64,000 nt of DNA from Myxococcota bacterium (GTDB lineage Bacteria > Myxococcota_A > UBA796 > SXON01), in NCBI GenBank assembly GCA_040386535.1, contig JAZKFH010000063.1, forward strand, positions 32,001 to 96,000. Reading direction: 5' to 3'. Both the position numbers and the translations under genes were made by a program. Under the pieces are notes generated by a model that made no database searches, was not told where the DNA came from, and was given only the letters and a program-made list of their open reading frames with translations. Below are positions 18,334 to 30,343 of the stretch, piece by piece (the first letter of the stretch is position 1; every line of letters begins with the position of its first letter).

Positions 18334-18758
18334 TGGACCCACTCGCCGTCGAACGTCCAGGTCACCACACACCCCTCCGCGTACGCCTCACAATCGGCGC
18401 CCAGGCAGGTGGTCGAGATCTCCCACTCCGAGTCGAACGCGTAGGAGGAAATCCACTCACCGTCGACCGTCACGCGGGTCTGGAACGTCGCGTCGCGCCC
18501 GCGGATCGGCTCCTCGTCGGCGAGGACACACGTGAACACGAGGCCGAAGCGCTCACACTCGATCGTGTCGTCCAACGTCATGCTCTCGCCGTCCTCCGAG
18601 AGCGTGACGTCCGTGGCGTTGACGCTCTGCAGGTCGGCAAGGTCGAGCTCCCAGACGTCCACACAGGCATCGTCCGCGACGAAGTTCTCCACCGTTGCCA
18701 TGTAGGTGCCCTCGGTGGGCTCGATGAAGAGGGTGCAGCCGGTCAGGAGGAGGAGCAT
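18330..18758 (-). CDS. Small acidic hypothetical lipoprotein
   Basis: MLLLLTGC; stop overlaps the FabH start (GTGA). Confidence 0.6.
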   Translation of the reverse strand: MLLLLTGCTLFIEPTEGTYMATVENFVADDACVDVWELDLADLQSVNATDVTLSEDGESMTLDDTIECERFGLVFTCVLADEEPIRGRDATFQTRVTVDGEWISSYAFDSEWEISTTCLGADCEAYAEGCVVTWTFDGEWVQ

Positions 18759-18869
18759 GGGCGTGTCCCGGAGGGGCTGCTCGTAACGGCGTCGCAGCCC
18801 GGTCGCCATCGCCGGGCCCGTTGACTACACGTGCGTCCGTGCGTATGGATGGCGCCTCCCGAGGCCCCC

Positions 18870-19337
18870 ATGAAAATCGACATCGGCATCTCCGAGCCCG
18901 AGCGTGAAGAGATCGTCGCGGGTCTGTCGCGACTCCTCGCCGACACGTACACCCTCTACCTCAAGACGCACAACTTCCACTGGAACGTGACGGGGCCGAT
19001 GTTCAACACGCTCCACCTCATGTTCATGGCGCAGTACACGGAGATGTGGACCTCCGTCGATCTCGTCGCGGAGCGGATCCGCTCGCTCGGCGCGCCGGCA
19101 CCCGGCACGTACGAGGAGTTCGCGAAGCTCACCTCGATCGCCTCCACTGCGGGCGTGCCCGCGGCGATGGAGATGGTCCGGCAGCTCGTGCAGGGCCACG
19201 AGGCCGTGATCCGCACGGCGCGCTCCGTGTTCCCGGTGGTGGAGAAGGCGGGGGACGAGGCCTCGGCCGACCTGCTCACCCAGCGGCTCCAGGTGCACGA
19301 GAAGACCGCGTGGATGTTGCGGAGCCTCCTGGAATAA
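18870..19337 (+). CDS. dps: DNA starvation/stationary phase protection protein
   Basis: [37 protein letters not shown]. Confidence 0.95.
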   Translation: MKIDIGISEPEREEIVAGLSRLLADTYTLYLKTHNFHWNVTGPMFNTLHLMFMAQYTEMWTSVDLVAERIRSLGAPAPGTYEEFAKLTSIASTAGVPAAMEMVRQLVQGHEAVIRTARSVFPVVEKAGDEASADLLTQRLQVHEKTAWMLRSLLE

Positions 19338-19379
19338 ACGACGGTTGGCCCGCGGTTCGGATCGCCCTACCTTCAGGGG

Positions 19380-20657
19380 GTGAGCCCTCCGACCGCGACC
19401 GTCCTGGGTGCCAGGGATCCAGGGAACGTCCTCCGTGAAGCCGACCGCGCGGCGCTGCGCGACCGGTTCCGCGCCGTCCGCGCCGCCACGGAGGCGCTCG
19501 CCGCGCCGCTCTCGCCGGAGGATCAGCAGCTCCAGTCGATGCCCGCGTGCAGCCCGACCAAGTGGCATCGGGCGCACACCACCTGGTTCTTCGAGACGTT
19601 CGTGCTGGCGCCGTGCGGGGTCCTCCCCGTGGATCCACGCTACGGCGCGCTGTTCAACTCCTACTACGAGGCCCTGGGGCCCCGGCACCCGCGCCCCCGC
19701 CGGGGAATGCTCTCGCGGCCGAGCATTGCCGAGGTGGGGGCCTGGCGGCGCGAGGTGGACGCGCGCGTGGACCGTCTGCTCGCGACGCTCGATGCGCGCG
19801 GGCTGGCCAAGGTCGCGCCCCTCGTCACGCTCGGCCTCGCGCACGAGGAGCAGCACCAGGAGCTGCTCCTCACCGACATCCTCCACGCCTTCTCGGAGAG
19901 CCCGCTCCAACCCGCCTATCTGCCCCCCGAGGCCTGGCTGCCCACGGAGAGCTGGCGGCCGCCTCGGCATGGCGAGCCGCACGATTGGGTGGCGTTCGGG
20001 GAGGGGGCGGTCACGATCGGAGCAGACCGGGGGGCGGACAGCGGGGCGTTCCTGTTCGACAACGAGGGGCCGCGTCACCAGGTGTGGCTCGCCCCGTACG
20101 CGTTGGCGACGCGCTTGGTGACCGTGGGGGAGGCCCGCGCGTTCGTCGACGCGGGCGGCTACGACACGCCCTCGCTCTGGCTCTCCGACGGTCTGGACTT
20201 CGTGCGCGCGCACGGCCTGCGCGCCCCCGGATACGTCACGCGCGCGGACGGCGCATGGCGTGTGTTCGGACTCCACGGGGCCCGCGAGGCGCGGGACGAC
20301 GAGCCCGTGGCCCACCTCTCCTACTACGAAGCCGACGCCCTGGCGCGATTCCTGGGGGCGCGGCTCCCGACGGAGGCGGAGTGGGAGAACGCGGCGAGAG
20401 CGCCATCCGCGCTCGGCCAACTGTACGGTGACGCCTGGCAATGGACCTCGTCCGCCTATTCGCCCTACCCGGGCTACACACCTCCCGTCGGCGCGGTGGG
20501 AGAATACAATGGAAAGTTCATGGTGAACCAAGTGGTCTTGCGTGGGGGGAGCCGCCTGACGCCGCCGGGGCACACCCGCGTGACGTATCGGAACTTCTGG
20601 CCTCCCGACACACGCTTCCAGGTCGCCGGGCTCCGCCTCGCCCGGGACGTGCGATGA
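19380..20657 (+). CDS. egtB: Ergothioneine biosynthesis sulfoxide synthase
   Basis: SPTKWH.AHTTWFFE, FNSYY, HEEQHQEL, RLPTEAEWE, GEYNGKFM. Confidence 0.93.
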   Translation: MSPPTATVLGARDPGNVLREADRAALRDRFRAVRAATEALAAPLSPEDQQLQSMPACSPTKWHRAHTTWFFETFVLAPCGVLPVDPRYGALFNSYYEALGPRHPRPRRGMLSRPSIAEVGAWRREVDARVDRLLATLDARGLAKVAPLVTLGLAHEEQHQELLLTDILHAFSESPLQPAYLPPEAWLPTESWRPPRHGEPHDWVAFGEGAVTIGADRGADSGAFLFDNEGPRHQVWLAPYALATRLVTVGEARAFVDAGGYDTPSLWLSDGLDFVRAHGLRAPGYVTRADGAWRVFGLHGAREARDDEPVAHLSYYEADALARFLGARLPTEAEWENAARAPSALGQLYGDAWQWTSSAYSPYPGYTPPVGAVGEYNGKFMVNQVVLRGGSRLTPPGHTRVTYRNFWPPDTRFQVAGLRLARDVR

Positions 20658-21640
20658 GCGCCGTCCTGCTGGAGGCGCCGCCGCTCGACATCGGGGTGGC
20701 GAGCGTGGTGCGGGAGGGGCTCGGACGCCCTGACAAGCGCCTGCCCGCGTGGCTCCTCTACGACGACGAGGGGTCGCGGCTCTTCGAGCGGATCACGCTG
20801 CTCCCCAGCTACTACCTGACCCGCGCCGAGCGCGCGGTGCTCGAGATGAACGGGGGCGAGATCCTCGACGTGGCGGGTGGCGCCGACCTCGAGGAGGTGG
20901 TGGAGCTCGGCGCGGGCACCGCGACCAAGTCCCAGCTGCTGCTCGAGGTGCTCGTGGCCCGCCGGGGTTCCACCCGTTTCGTGCCGGTGGACGTGTCCGC
21001 CGCGCCCGTGAACCTGGCCCGTGCGCGCCTCGCACGCCAGCTCCCCACGGTGAGGGTGGCGCCGTTGTTCCAGCGGCACGAGGGCGCGCTCGCCGCGTTG
21101 GCGACCCGCCCCGCGCGGCGCGTGGTGTTGTTCCTGGGAAGCTCCATCGGGAACCTCGAGCCCGACGAGGCGCGGTCGCTCCTCCGTGCGGTCCGGTGGT
21201 GTGTCACGCCCGGCCCCGACGGCTCGGGTGGCATGTTGGTGCTCGGCACCGATCTGCGCAAGTCACCGGAGATGTTGATCCCCGCCTACGACGACCCCGA
21301 GGGGGTGTCGGCCAGCTTCAACAAGAACGTCCTGACGCGCATCAACCGCGAATTGGGCGGGCGCTTCGACCTCGCCGCCTTTCGCCACGTCGCGGAGTGG
21401 AACGAGGCCGGCTCTCGAATGGAGATGTACCTGGAGAGCCTGCACGAACAATCCGTTCCCATCGCGGCCCTCGGCATGACCGTGCACCTCGGGGAGGGTG
21501 AGCGCATCCATACGGAGAGCAGCCAGAAATATGGGCTCGACGACGTGGACGCCATGCTCCAATCCGCGGGGCTGCGACGGATCCAGACGTGGATGGATCC
21601 GTTGGAGCGGTTCGCGGTGCACGTGGCGGGCGTGGGGTAG
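20654..21640 (+). CDS. egtD: L-histidine N-alpha-methyltransferase
   Basis: LYDDEGS.LFE.IT.LP.YY.TR.E, ELGAG, FLGSSIGN, AYDD..GV...FN, IHTE.S.KY. Confidence 0.93.
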   Translation: MSAVLLEAPPLDIGVASVVREGLGRPDKRLPAWLLYDDEGSRLFERITLLPSYYLTRAERAVLEMNGGEILDVAGGADLEEVVELGAGTATKSQLLLEVLVARRGSTRFVPVDVSAAPVNLARARLARQLPTVRVAPLFQRHEGALAALATRPARRVVLFLGSSIGNLEPDEARSLLRAVRWCVTPGPDGSGGMLVLGTDLRKSPEMLIPAYDDPEGVSASFNKNVLTRINRELGGRFDLAAFRHVAEWNEAGSRMEMYLESLHEQSVPIAALGMTVHLGEGERIHTESSQKYGLDDVDAMLQSAGLRRIQTWMDPLERFAVHVAGVG

Positions 21641-21661
21641 GGGAGCGCGGCCGGGGTCGGG

Positions 21662-22894
21662 TCAGCCCGAGCCCGGTTCGCCCGAGACCTCCAGCGCCAG
21701 GATCGAGATGTCGTCTTTCGGCCTCTCGGAGCCACGCCACCGCGAGATCTCCCCGAGGAGCGTGGTCATGCCGTCCTGTAGCGACGAGGAGCGCCGTTCG
21801 CGGATGGCCTCCAGGAGACGCGCGGTGCCGAACTGCTCGCCGGAGGGGTCCCGCGCTTCGGGGACGCCATTCGAGTACAGGTACAGGCGGTCTCCAGCCC
21901 GCAGGCGGACCGACTGCTCCTCGTAGGCCGTGTCGGCCAGGCCGATCGGGCGACCGGCGTGCTCCAGGACCACGGGATCGGCGTCGGCGGGCAGGTGCAC
22001 CGGGCCGGGGTGCCCGGCGGCGACGTAGCGGAACTCTCCGGTCCCCGCGTTCAGCACGCCATAGAGCATGGTCGTGGTCGGCTCGGACGCCGCGTCGAAC
22101 GGGAAGAGCCGGTTCAGCCGGACGGCGACCTCGGCGGGCGGCGTGATGTCGACGGGATTCCCCTCGCGGACGAGGATCGACGAGGGCTCCGACGGCGGCG
22201 CGAGGAGCCGGCTCAGCGCCACGGACAACAGAGCGGCCGCCACGCCACGGCCGCTCACGTCCAGGACGTACAGGCCGACCGAGCCATCCCCGAAGTGGAT
22301 CACGTTCAGCGAATCGCCGGCCAACTCGTCACAGGAGCGGTAGATCCAGGCGAAGTTCATGCCGCCGACACGCGGCACGGCGCGGGGGAGGAACATCTCC
22401 CGGATCTGTTCCGCGGCCGCGAGGTCACGGGACAACCGGCGGTTGGCCTCTGCCAGCCGCGTGTTCGCCTCCTCCAGCTCGGTTTGCAGGCGGCGAAGCT
22501 TCAGGTGTGTCTCGACGCGGGCGTGCAGCTCTTCCATCTGGAACGGCTTGGTGAGGTAGTCCACGCCGCCCAGGGAGAAGGCCTTCACCTTGTCGAGCTG
22601 CTCGGTGAGGGCGCTGATGAAAATTACGGGGATCCCTTTCAGCCTGTCGTCGGCCTTGAGCTGCTGACACACCTCGTAGCCGTTCATCTCCGGCATGTTG
22701 ATGTCCAGCAGGATCAACTCCGGCGGATCTCGCATGGCCGCCGCCAGCGCCAACTTACCGCTTGGAACCGGGCGAACCTTGTAGCCGCGGTCCTTGAGCA
22801 TGCCGGCCAACACCTGCAGGTTCGCGGGGGTGTCGTCGACCACCAGGATGCCTGCCGGCTGCTTGGGGCCGCTCCCGGGCTTGTCGGCAATCAT
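21662..22894 (-). CDS. Response regulator with SpoIIE/PP2C phosphatase output
   Basis: ILVVDD, LLDINMP, KPF receiver; GD, DVSG.G, AGHP, DDI.IL PP2C motifs. Confidence 0.9.
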   Translation of the reverse strand: MIADKPGSGPKQPAGILVVDDTPANLQVLAGMLKDRGYKVRPVPSGKLALAAAMRDPPELILLDINMPEMNGYEVCQQLKADDRLKGIPVIFISALTEQLDKVKAFSLGGVDYLTKPFQMEELHARVETHLKLRRLQTELEEANTRLAEANRRLSRDLAAAEQIREMFLPRAVPRVGGMNFAWIYRSCDELAGDSLNVIHFGDGSVGLYVLDVSGRGVAAALLSVALSRLLAPPSEPSSILVREGNPVDITPPAEVAVRLNRLFPFDAASEPTTTMLYGVLNAGTGEFRYVAAGHPGPVHLPADADPVVLEHAGRPIGLADTAYEEQSVRLRAGDRLYLYSNGVPEARDPSGEQFGTARLLEAIRERRSSSLQDGMTTLLGEISRWRGSERPKDDISILALEVSGEPGSG

Positions 22895-25800
22895 GTGCTC
22901 ACCCCCCCGTTCAAGACGTCGAGGAGCTTCTGGTACTGAAATCCTTCGGCGAGGTGGCGCAGGCCCGACGCGACCGCGGGATCCCGCCCCTGGACACCCT
23001 CGATTTGTTCCAGCAGTTGGTCGAAATCCGCCGTGAGGACGGCGTCCCGCATCGCCTGGAGGATGTCCTCCGGCCAACCCACCAGCGACTCCGCGGTGAG
23101 CTCCGCCGTCTCCACCCGTACGATGGGATCCTCCGAGAAGACGTATTCCACCCCGAGGTGGGTGTGCATCTTCTGGAACAGCTCCATCTCCCGGAACGGC
23201 TTGCTGATGAAGTCGTCCGCGCCGATCGCCATCAGCTCCTGGCGATTCCCCAACATCACGCTGGCGGTGACCGCGATGATCTTGGTGGCGTCGCCCCCGG
23301 GCATGGCCCGGATGCGGCGAATCGCCTCGTCCCCGTTCATCACCGGCATGCGGTAGTCCATCAAGATGAGGTTGGGCCGCCAGGCTTCGAATTCTCGGAC
23401 GGCCTCCTCCCCGTTGGTCGCCAGGCGAATCTCGAAGCCGAGGGGGGCGAGGAGGTGCTCCAGGAGCTGCCGGTTGTCGTCCACGTCGTCGGCGATCAGC
23501 ACCCGGAAGCTCGCCTGCCCGACCTGCAGCCCCATGACACGTTGCGGCTCATCCTTGGCAGCAACCCCGTGCGCGTCCCCTTCCACGAGGGGCAAGTTGA
23601 TCACGAACATGCTCCCCTTGCCAACCTGGCTCGTCACCGTGATGGCGCCGCCCATGAGGCGAACGAATTCCTGGCTGATGGCCAGGCCCAACCCGGTCCC
23701 GGTCCCGGACTGTTGTCCGGTCTTCGTCTGCTCGAAGTGTCGGAACAACTTGCCGAGCTCCTCCTGGGAGATGCCCGGGCCGGTGTCCTCGATCTCCACC
23801 TGCAGGAACGCTCCCGCCGCGCCGTCTTGTTTGGCCCCGACGCGCACGCCGACGCCGCCGTGCTCGGTGAACTTGACGGCGTTGCCGAGCACGTTGATGA
23901 AGACCTGGCGCAGCTTGTTGATGTCGGAGACGATGAATCGAGGGACCTTGCCGACCATCTCGACGTAGAACATCAACTTCTTCTCGTCCGTACGGACGCG
24001 GAACATCATCTCCAGGTCACTGAGCAGTACGGGCAGGTCGAACGTGGCGAGGTTCAGGGTGGTGCGGCCCGCCTCGATCTTGGACATCTCGAGGATGTCG
24101 TTGATGAGGGCAAGCAGATGTTCGCCGCTACGATTGATGGTCCCCAGGTACTGACACTGGCGTGGGGTGAGGTCCTGGTCACGCAGCATCAACTGGGAGA
24201 ACCCGAGGATGGCGTTCATGGGCGTACGGATCTCGTGCGACATGTTTGCCAGGAAAACGCTCTTCGCCCGGTTCGCCTGCTGGAGCGACTCTTCGTAGCG
24301 CTTTCGCTCGGTGACGTCGCGGGCGGCGGCGAACACACCTTGCAGCTTGCGATCGCGGTCGTGGAACGTGGACGCGTTGTAGGAAACCACGGTCTCCTTG
24401 CCGTCCCGGTGGCGCGCGGTGAGCTCGTAGTCCGTGATCTTGCGTTCGTTCAGCACCAGCCGGATGCCGGCCTGGGCTCGCTCCGGGTCCGTGAAGTAGT
24501 CCTTGAACGGGGCGCCAATCAGCTCGTCGCGCGTGCAGCCGGTGAGGGCCTCCATCTGCTTGTTCACGTCGGTGATGATGCCACGGAGGTCCGTGGTGAT
24601 CAGGGCATCGATGTTGGATTCGATGAGCGAGCGCGTGTAGAACTGTTGATCCCGGACGCGCTGATCGAGGATCAGGCGCTCCGCCTCCACCTGTTGGCGC
24701 GCGGTATTGTCGGTGCCGATCAGGAGGTATCCGATGATCCCGCCCTGGGCGTCCCGCAGGGCCGTGACGGACACGATGGCCGGAAAGCGGCTGCCATCCT
24801 TGCGGATGTAGGTCAGCTCGTAGATGTCCTCGATCCCACGCGAGGCCTTGAAGACCAACGCCTCGAAGCCGGGGGTGATCCGGGTGCCGAGCTCGGCGCT
24901 CAGGGCCTTGGCGCGCGAGATGACCTCCTGCGGATCGGAGATGTCGGCCGGCGTGATCTTGTCGACCACGTCGATCGCCTCGTACCCCAGCATGCGCTGG
25001 GCCCCGACGTTGAAGATCTGGATGACCCCCTTCTCGTCGGTGGCGATACTCGAGAAGTTGGCGCTGTTGAAGATCGCGCTCTGGAGGGCCCCGGCCTTGA
25101 GCAGCTCCTCTTCCGCGAGCTTGCGCGCGGTGTTGTCCGTGCCGATCAGCAGGTAGCCGATGATCGCGCTCTGGTCGTCGCGGAGCGCGGTGACCGACAC
25201 GACCGCCGGGAAGCGGCTGCCGTCCTTTCGGATGTAGGTGAGCTCGTAGATGTCCTCGATGCCGCGCGCGGCCTTGAAGACCAGCGCCTCGAACCCGGGG
25301 GTGATCGTGGTCGCGAGCTCGACGCTCAACGCGGCGGCGCGGGCGATGACCTCCTGCGGATCGGAGATGTCCGCGGGGGTGATCTTGTTCATCACCTCGA
25401 ACGCGGCGTAGCCCAGCATGCGCTCGGCCCCGACGTTGAAGATCTGGATGACGCCCTTCTCGTCCGTCGCGATGCTGGAGAAATTGGCGCTGTTGAAGAT
25501 CGCGCTCTGGAGGGCGCCGGCCTTGAGGAGGGCTTCTTCCGCCCGCTTGCGCGCGGTGTTGTCCGTGCCGATCAGCAGGTAGCCGATGATCGCGCTCTGG
25601 TCGTCGCGGAGCGCGGTGACCGACACGACCGCCGGGAAGCGGCTGCCGTCCTTTCGGATGTAGGTGAGCTCGTAGATGTCCTCGATGCCGCGCGCGGCCT
25701 TGAAGACCAGCGCCTCGAACCCGGGGGTGATCGTGGTCGCGAGCTCGACGCTCAACGCGGCGGCGCGGGCGATGACCTCCTGCGGATCGGAGATGTCCGC

Positions 25801-26364
25801 GGGGGTGATCTTGTTCATCACCTCGAACGCGGCGTAGCCCAGCATGCGCTCGGCCCCGACGTTGAAGATCTGGATGACGCCCTTCTCGTCCGTCGCGATG
25901 CTGGAGAAGTTGGCGCTGTTGAAGATCGCGCTCTGGAGGGCACCGGCCTTGAGGAGCGCCTCTTCCGCACGCTTGCGCGGGGTCACGTCTTCCATGGCGA
26001 GCACGAGCAGCTCGCCGTGGTGGCCCGCCTGGAGCTTGCGGGCGTTGAGCAGCATCACCCGGCGACCGATCACCGGGAACGTGTGCTCCAGCTCGAAGTC
26101 GGCGAAGTCGGAGCTCTTGGGTACGATGTCCTCGAGCAGGGTCCGCAGGTCGGGGATGTCCCACTGCCCGTTGCCCAATTCGTAGATGAGGCGGCCCTCG
26201 GTCTCTCCGGGCGAGACGTGGAAGGTCTGGTAGAACGCGCGGTTGGCGGACCGCACCCGCAGGGTTGCGTCGAGGATCAGCAGGGGCTCGCGCACTGTGT
26301 CGACGATGTTCTGCGCGTAGGTCTCAATCTCGTCGACCAACGGCCGTTGTTCGGTCATCGCCAT
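22891..26364 (-). CDS. Hybrid sensor histidine kinase (5 PAS-type domains, HisKA, HATPase, receiver)
   Basis: FLANMSHEIRTPMN, NAVKFT, DTGPGI, GTGLGL, ILMDYRMP. Confidence 0.95.
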   Translation of the reverse strand: MAMTEQRPLVDEIETYAQNIVDTVREPLLILDATLRVRSANRAFYQTFHVSPGETEGRLIYELGNGQWDIPDLRTLLEDIVPKSSDFADFELEHTFPVIGRRVMLLNARKLQAGHHGELLVLAMEDVTPRKRAEEALLKAGALQSAIFNSANFSSIATDEKGVIQIFNVGAERMLGYAAFEVMNKITPADISDPQEVIARAAALSVELATTITPGFEALVFKAARGIEDIYELTYIRKDGSRFPAVVSVTALRDDQSAIIGYLLIGTDNTARKRAEEALLKAGALQSAIFNSANFSSIATDEKGVIQIFNVGAERMLGYAAFEVMNKITPADISDPQEVIARAAALSVELATTITPGFEALVFKAARGIEDIYELTYIRKDGSRFPAVVSVTALRDDQSAIIGYLLIGTDNTARKLAEEELLKAGALQSAIFNSANFSSIATDEKGVIQIFNVGAQRMLGYEAIDVVDKITPADISDPQEVISRAKALSAELGTRITPGFEALVFKASRGIEDIYELTYIRKDGSRFPAIVSVTALRDAQGGIIGYLLIGTDNTARQQVEAERLILDQRVRDQQFYTRSLIESNIDALITTDLRGIITDVNKQMEALTGCTRDELIGAPFKDYFTDPERAQAGIRLVLNERKITDYELTARHRDGKETVVSYNASTFHDRDRKLQGVFAAARDVTERKRYEESLQQANRAKSVFLANMSHEIRTPMNAILGFSQLMLRDQDLTPRQCQYLGTINRSGEHLLALINDILEMSKIEAGRTTLNLATFDLPVLLSDLEMMFRVRTDEKKLMFYVEMVGKVPRFIVSDINKLRQVFINVLGNAVKFTEHGGVGVRVGAKQDGAAGAFLQVEIEDTGPGISQEELGKLFRHFEQTKTGQQSGTGTGLGLAISQEFVRLMGGAITVTSQVGKGSMFVINLPLVEGDAHGVAAKDEPQRVMGLQVGQASFRVLIADDVDDNRQLLEHLLAPLGFEIRLATNGEEAVREFEAWRPNLILMDYRMPVMNGDEAIRRIRAMPGGDATKIIAVTASVMLGNRQELMAIGADDFISKPFREMELFQKMHTHLGVEYVFSEDPIVRVETAELTAESLVGWPEDILQAMRDAVLTADFDQLLEQIEGVQGRDPAVASGLRHLAEGFQYQKLLDVLNGGVST
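24699..25976 (-). repeat. Three tandem 426-bp (142 aa) PAS/PAC repeats
   Basis: CTGGAGGG recurs at 25081, 25507 and 25933; two copies nearly identical in DNA. Confidence 0.95.
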
Positions 26365-26379
26365 CCTTGTGCGTGTTCG

Positions 26380-26753
26380 CTATCTGTTCGCATCCACCTG
26401 TCCGACCCGCTCGAGCAGATCGTCGATGTCGTAGTTTCCCTTCACGAAGTACTCGAGCGCGGCGAGCTTGCAGGCGCTGCGGATGCTCGCCGGATCGCCG
26501 TCCGCCGTCATCATCCAGACCGGGGTGCGCGCGACCCTCTCGTTGGACATGGACCGGATCCGCGCAAGCACCGCGAAGCCATCCAGGTCGGGCATGGAGA
26601 TGTCGAGCAGGATGAGGTCCGGCCGCTCCGCCTCCACCCGCGCCAGCGCCTCGAGACCGCCCCCTACCTCGATCGACCTGTGACCAGCGCTCGTGAGCGC
26701 GCTCGCGAGGAGCATCCGAAGATCGGCGCTGTCGTCGACGATCATTACTTTGA

Positions 26754-26757
<4 letters not shown>
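26380..26757 (-). CDS. Single-domain response regulator
   Basis: VMIVDD, LILLDISMPDLDG, MMTA, VKG; ATGA overlap. Confidence 0.9.
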
Positions 26758-28475
<1,718 letters not shown>

Positions 28476-28703
28476 CTCGGACTCGCGGAGGGGCAACACG
28501 GTCGGAGCGGGGGAAACGAAGGGCAGGGCGTGGCCGGGGGTGCAGGCAGACAGATAAGAGGTCTGCGCCGCGGCATCCACCAGACCCAGGTCGCGCCTCG
28601 GTCCGCGAGGGGCCCGGCGGGCGGCCGCGCGGGCGCGGCCGGTTCGGCACCCGGCGCGTGAGCGCCGCCGTGCCAACCAAGCGAAGCGCGCCCAGAGGGG
28701 CCC

Positions 28704-28726
28704 GGCCCCGCCGCATCGGCGGGGCC
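28704..28726 (-). terminator. GC hairpin downstream of the glnA-like gene, possible terminator (no U-tract)
   Basis: GGCCCCGCCG-CAT-CGGCGGGGCC. Confidence 0.35.
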
Positions 28727-28746
28727 GCGGCCAACTGACACAAAAG

Positions 28747-30186
28747 CTAGAACTGGCTCCAGAGGAACTGGTTCGTCACCTCGTGGTGGAACTGCACCTC
28801 CGCCGGCTTGACCAACGTACCGAGCGCCTTCGGGCACCGCTCCGCCTGGGCCAGCTTGAGCTCCGCGTACCGCTCGGCCGCGTTCTCCCCAATCAACTCG
28901 GGAACGTAACGGCTCGCCTTGAACACCCGGAGCGCGTCCTGGATGTTGGAGGGGAGGAAGCGCGTGCGCTCGCGGCGGTTGTCGTCACCCTTGCCGACCG
29001 GGCCTTCGAGGCCGGTGCGGAGGAGGGTGTAGATGACCATGTACGGGTTGGTGTCCGGTGCGACCGAGCGCACCTCGACGCGGGTGCTCCGCTCGTTGCC
29101 GAAGGGGATGCGCACCATGGCGCCGCGGTTGTTGGCCGAGGCCTTGATTTGGTTGGGCGCCTCGAAGTGCGGATCCAGGCGACGGTAGGCGTTGACGCTC
29201 GGGTTGAGGATGAGGCACAGGTCGTTCGCGTTGTTGAGGATGCGATCGACGAAGTCCCAACCCAGGGCGGAGAGGTTGTCCTTTCCGTCCTTGTCCCAGA
29301 ACAGGTTCTTGCCGCCGCGCGAGATCGACATGTTGGTGTGCATGCCGCTGCCGTTGATGCCCGCGACCGGCTTGGGGAGGAAGCTGGCGGTGCAGTCGTG
29401 CTGGGCGGCCACCTGGCGACAGAGCAGCTTGTACAGCTGGATCTGATCGGACGCGATGAGCGCGTCGGTGTAGGTGTAGTTCATCTCGAATTGGGAGGGG
29501 GCCACCTCCGGGTGGTCCTTCTCGTTCTGGAAACCCATCGCGCGCTGCACCTCGGCGGCCGCGTCGATGAACTTGCGGAGGGGATCGCCGGGGAGGGAGT
29601 GGTAGTAGCCGCCCGTGGAGAGGAACTCGAACTTGCCGGTCTCGTGGTAGCGACGCTCGGCGTCCTTGCCCTTGAAGAGGAAGCCCTCGACCTCGTTCGC
29701 GGCATGACACACCGTGCCGTCCTTGGCGTACATGGCATCGGTGTAACGGCGGAGCTGGGCGCGCATGTCGGCGGCGTACGGCGTGCCGTCACGGCCCAAC
29801 ACCTCACCGAACACGAGGACCTTGCCGGGGCCGAACACGTCGGAGGGGAGCCAATAGAACGACGCCCAATCGATCTCGAGGCGCAGATCGCTCTCGTGCT
29901 GGGCGGAAAAGCCGCGGATCGACGATCCGTCGAACGTGAGGTTGTCGGCCGACTTGAGCAGGAACTTCTTGTCGTAGTCGAGCATGTGCAGCCGGCCTTC
30001 GAGGTCGGTGAAACACACGGTGACGGCCTTGATCCGCTTCTCGTCGGTGAGATAACGAACACGCGCCTCGCGCACCTTGTCGGCGGGGACACGATCCGTG
30101 CGGTCCTTCTTCGCCGCGAGGTTCATCTCCTCGAGCTTGTCGTACGGGATCTCGAGGAAATCGCGGAGGGGGGAGGACTCGGGCAT
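28747..30186 (-). CDS. glnA: Glutamine synthetase family protein
   Basis: FDGSSIRGF, EVEGF, HPEVAPSQFE, FLPKP..GINGSGMH, NAYRRL, RVEVRS. Confidence 0.85.
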   Translation of the reverse strand: MPESSPLRDFLEIPYDKLEEMNLAAKKDRTDRVPADKVREARVRYLTDEKRIKAVTVCFTDLEGRLHMLDYDKKFLLKSADNLTFDGSSIRGFSAQHESDLRLEIDWASFYWLPSDVFGPGKVLVFGEVLGRDGTPYAADMRAQLRRYTDAMYAKDGTVCHAANEVEGFLFKGKDAERRYHETGKFEFLSTGGYYHSLPGDPLRKFIDAAAEVQRAMGFQNEKDHPEVAPSQFEMNYTYTDALIASDQIQLYKLLCRQVAAQHDCTASFLPKPVAGINGSGMHTNMSISRGGKNLFWDKDGKDNLSALGWDFVDRILNNANDLCLILNPSVNAYRRLDPHFEAPNQIKASANNRGAMVRIPFGNERSTRVEVRSVAPDTNPYMVIYTLLRTGLEGPVGKGDDNRRERTRFLPSNIQDALRVFKASRYVPELIGENAAERYAELKLAQAERCPKALGTLVKPAEVQFHHEVTNQFLWSQF

Positions 30187-30267
30187 TGGGGGCTCCTGAA
30201 GACGCGCCCCTCTTAGATGCTGGCCGGGTCCCTGTCGAGGGTGGCGGGAGCTACACATGAAGATTTT

Positions 30268-30296
30268 TAGGCTTGTCGTTGAAGCGACAAGCCTAC
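30268..30296. repeat. 11-bp-stem palindrome between divergent glnA and copC (REP-like or operator)
   Basis: TAGGCTTGTCG-TTGAAG-CGACAAGCCTA(C); minus strand begins GTAG. Confidence 0.7.
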
Positions 30297-30343
30297 GGGA
30301 GCGCGGAGATGGCGCTCGGTGGGCGGGTGCTTACGTGTTCTCC

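Noticed and set aside
19380..20657. egtB as selenoneine synthase SenA or OvoA
   Set aside because: No senB/selD neighbours, no C-terminal methyltransferase, and directly coupled to egtD
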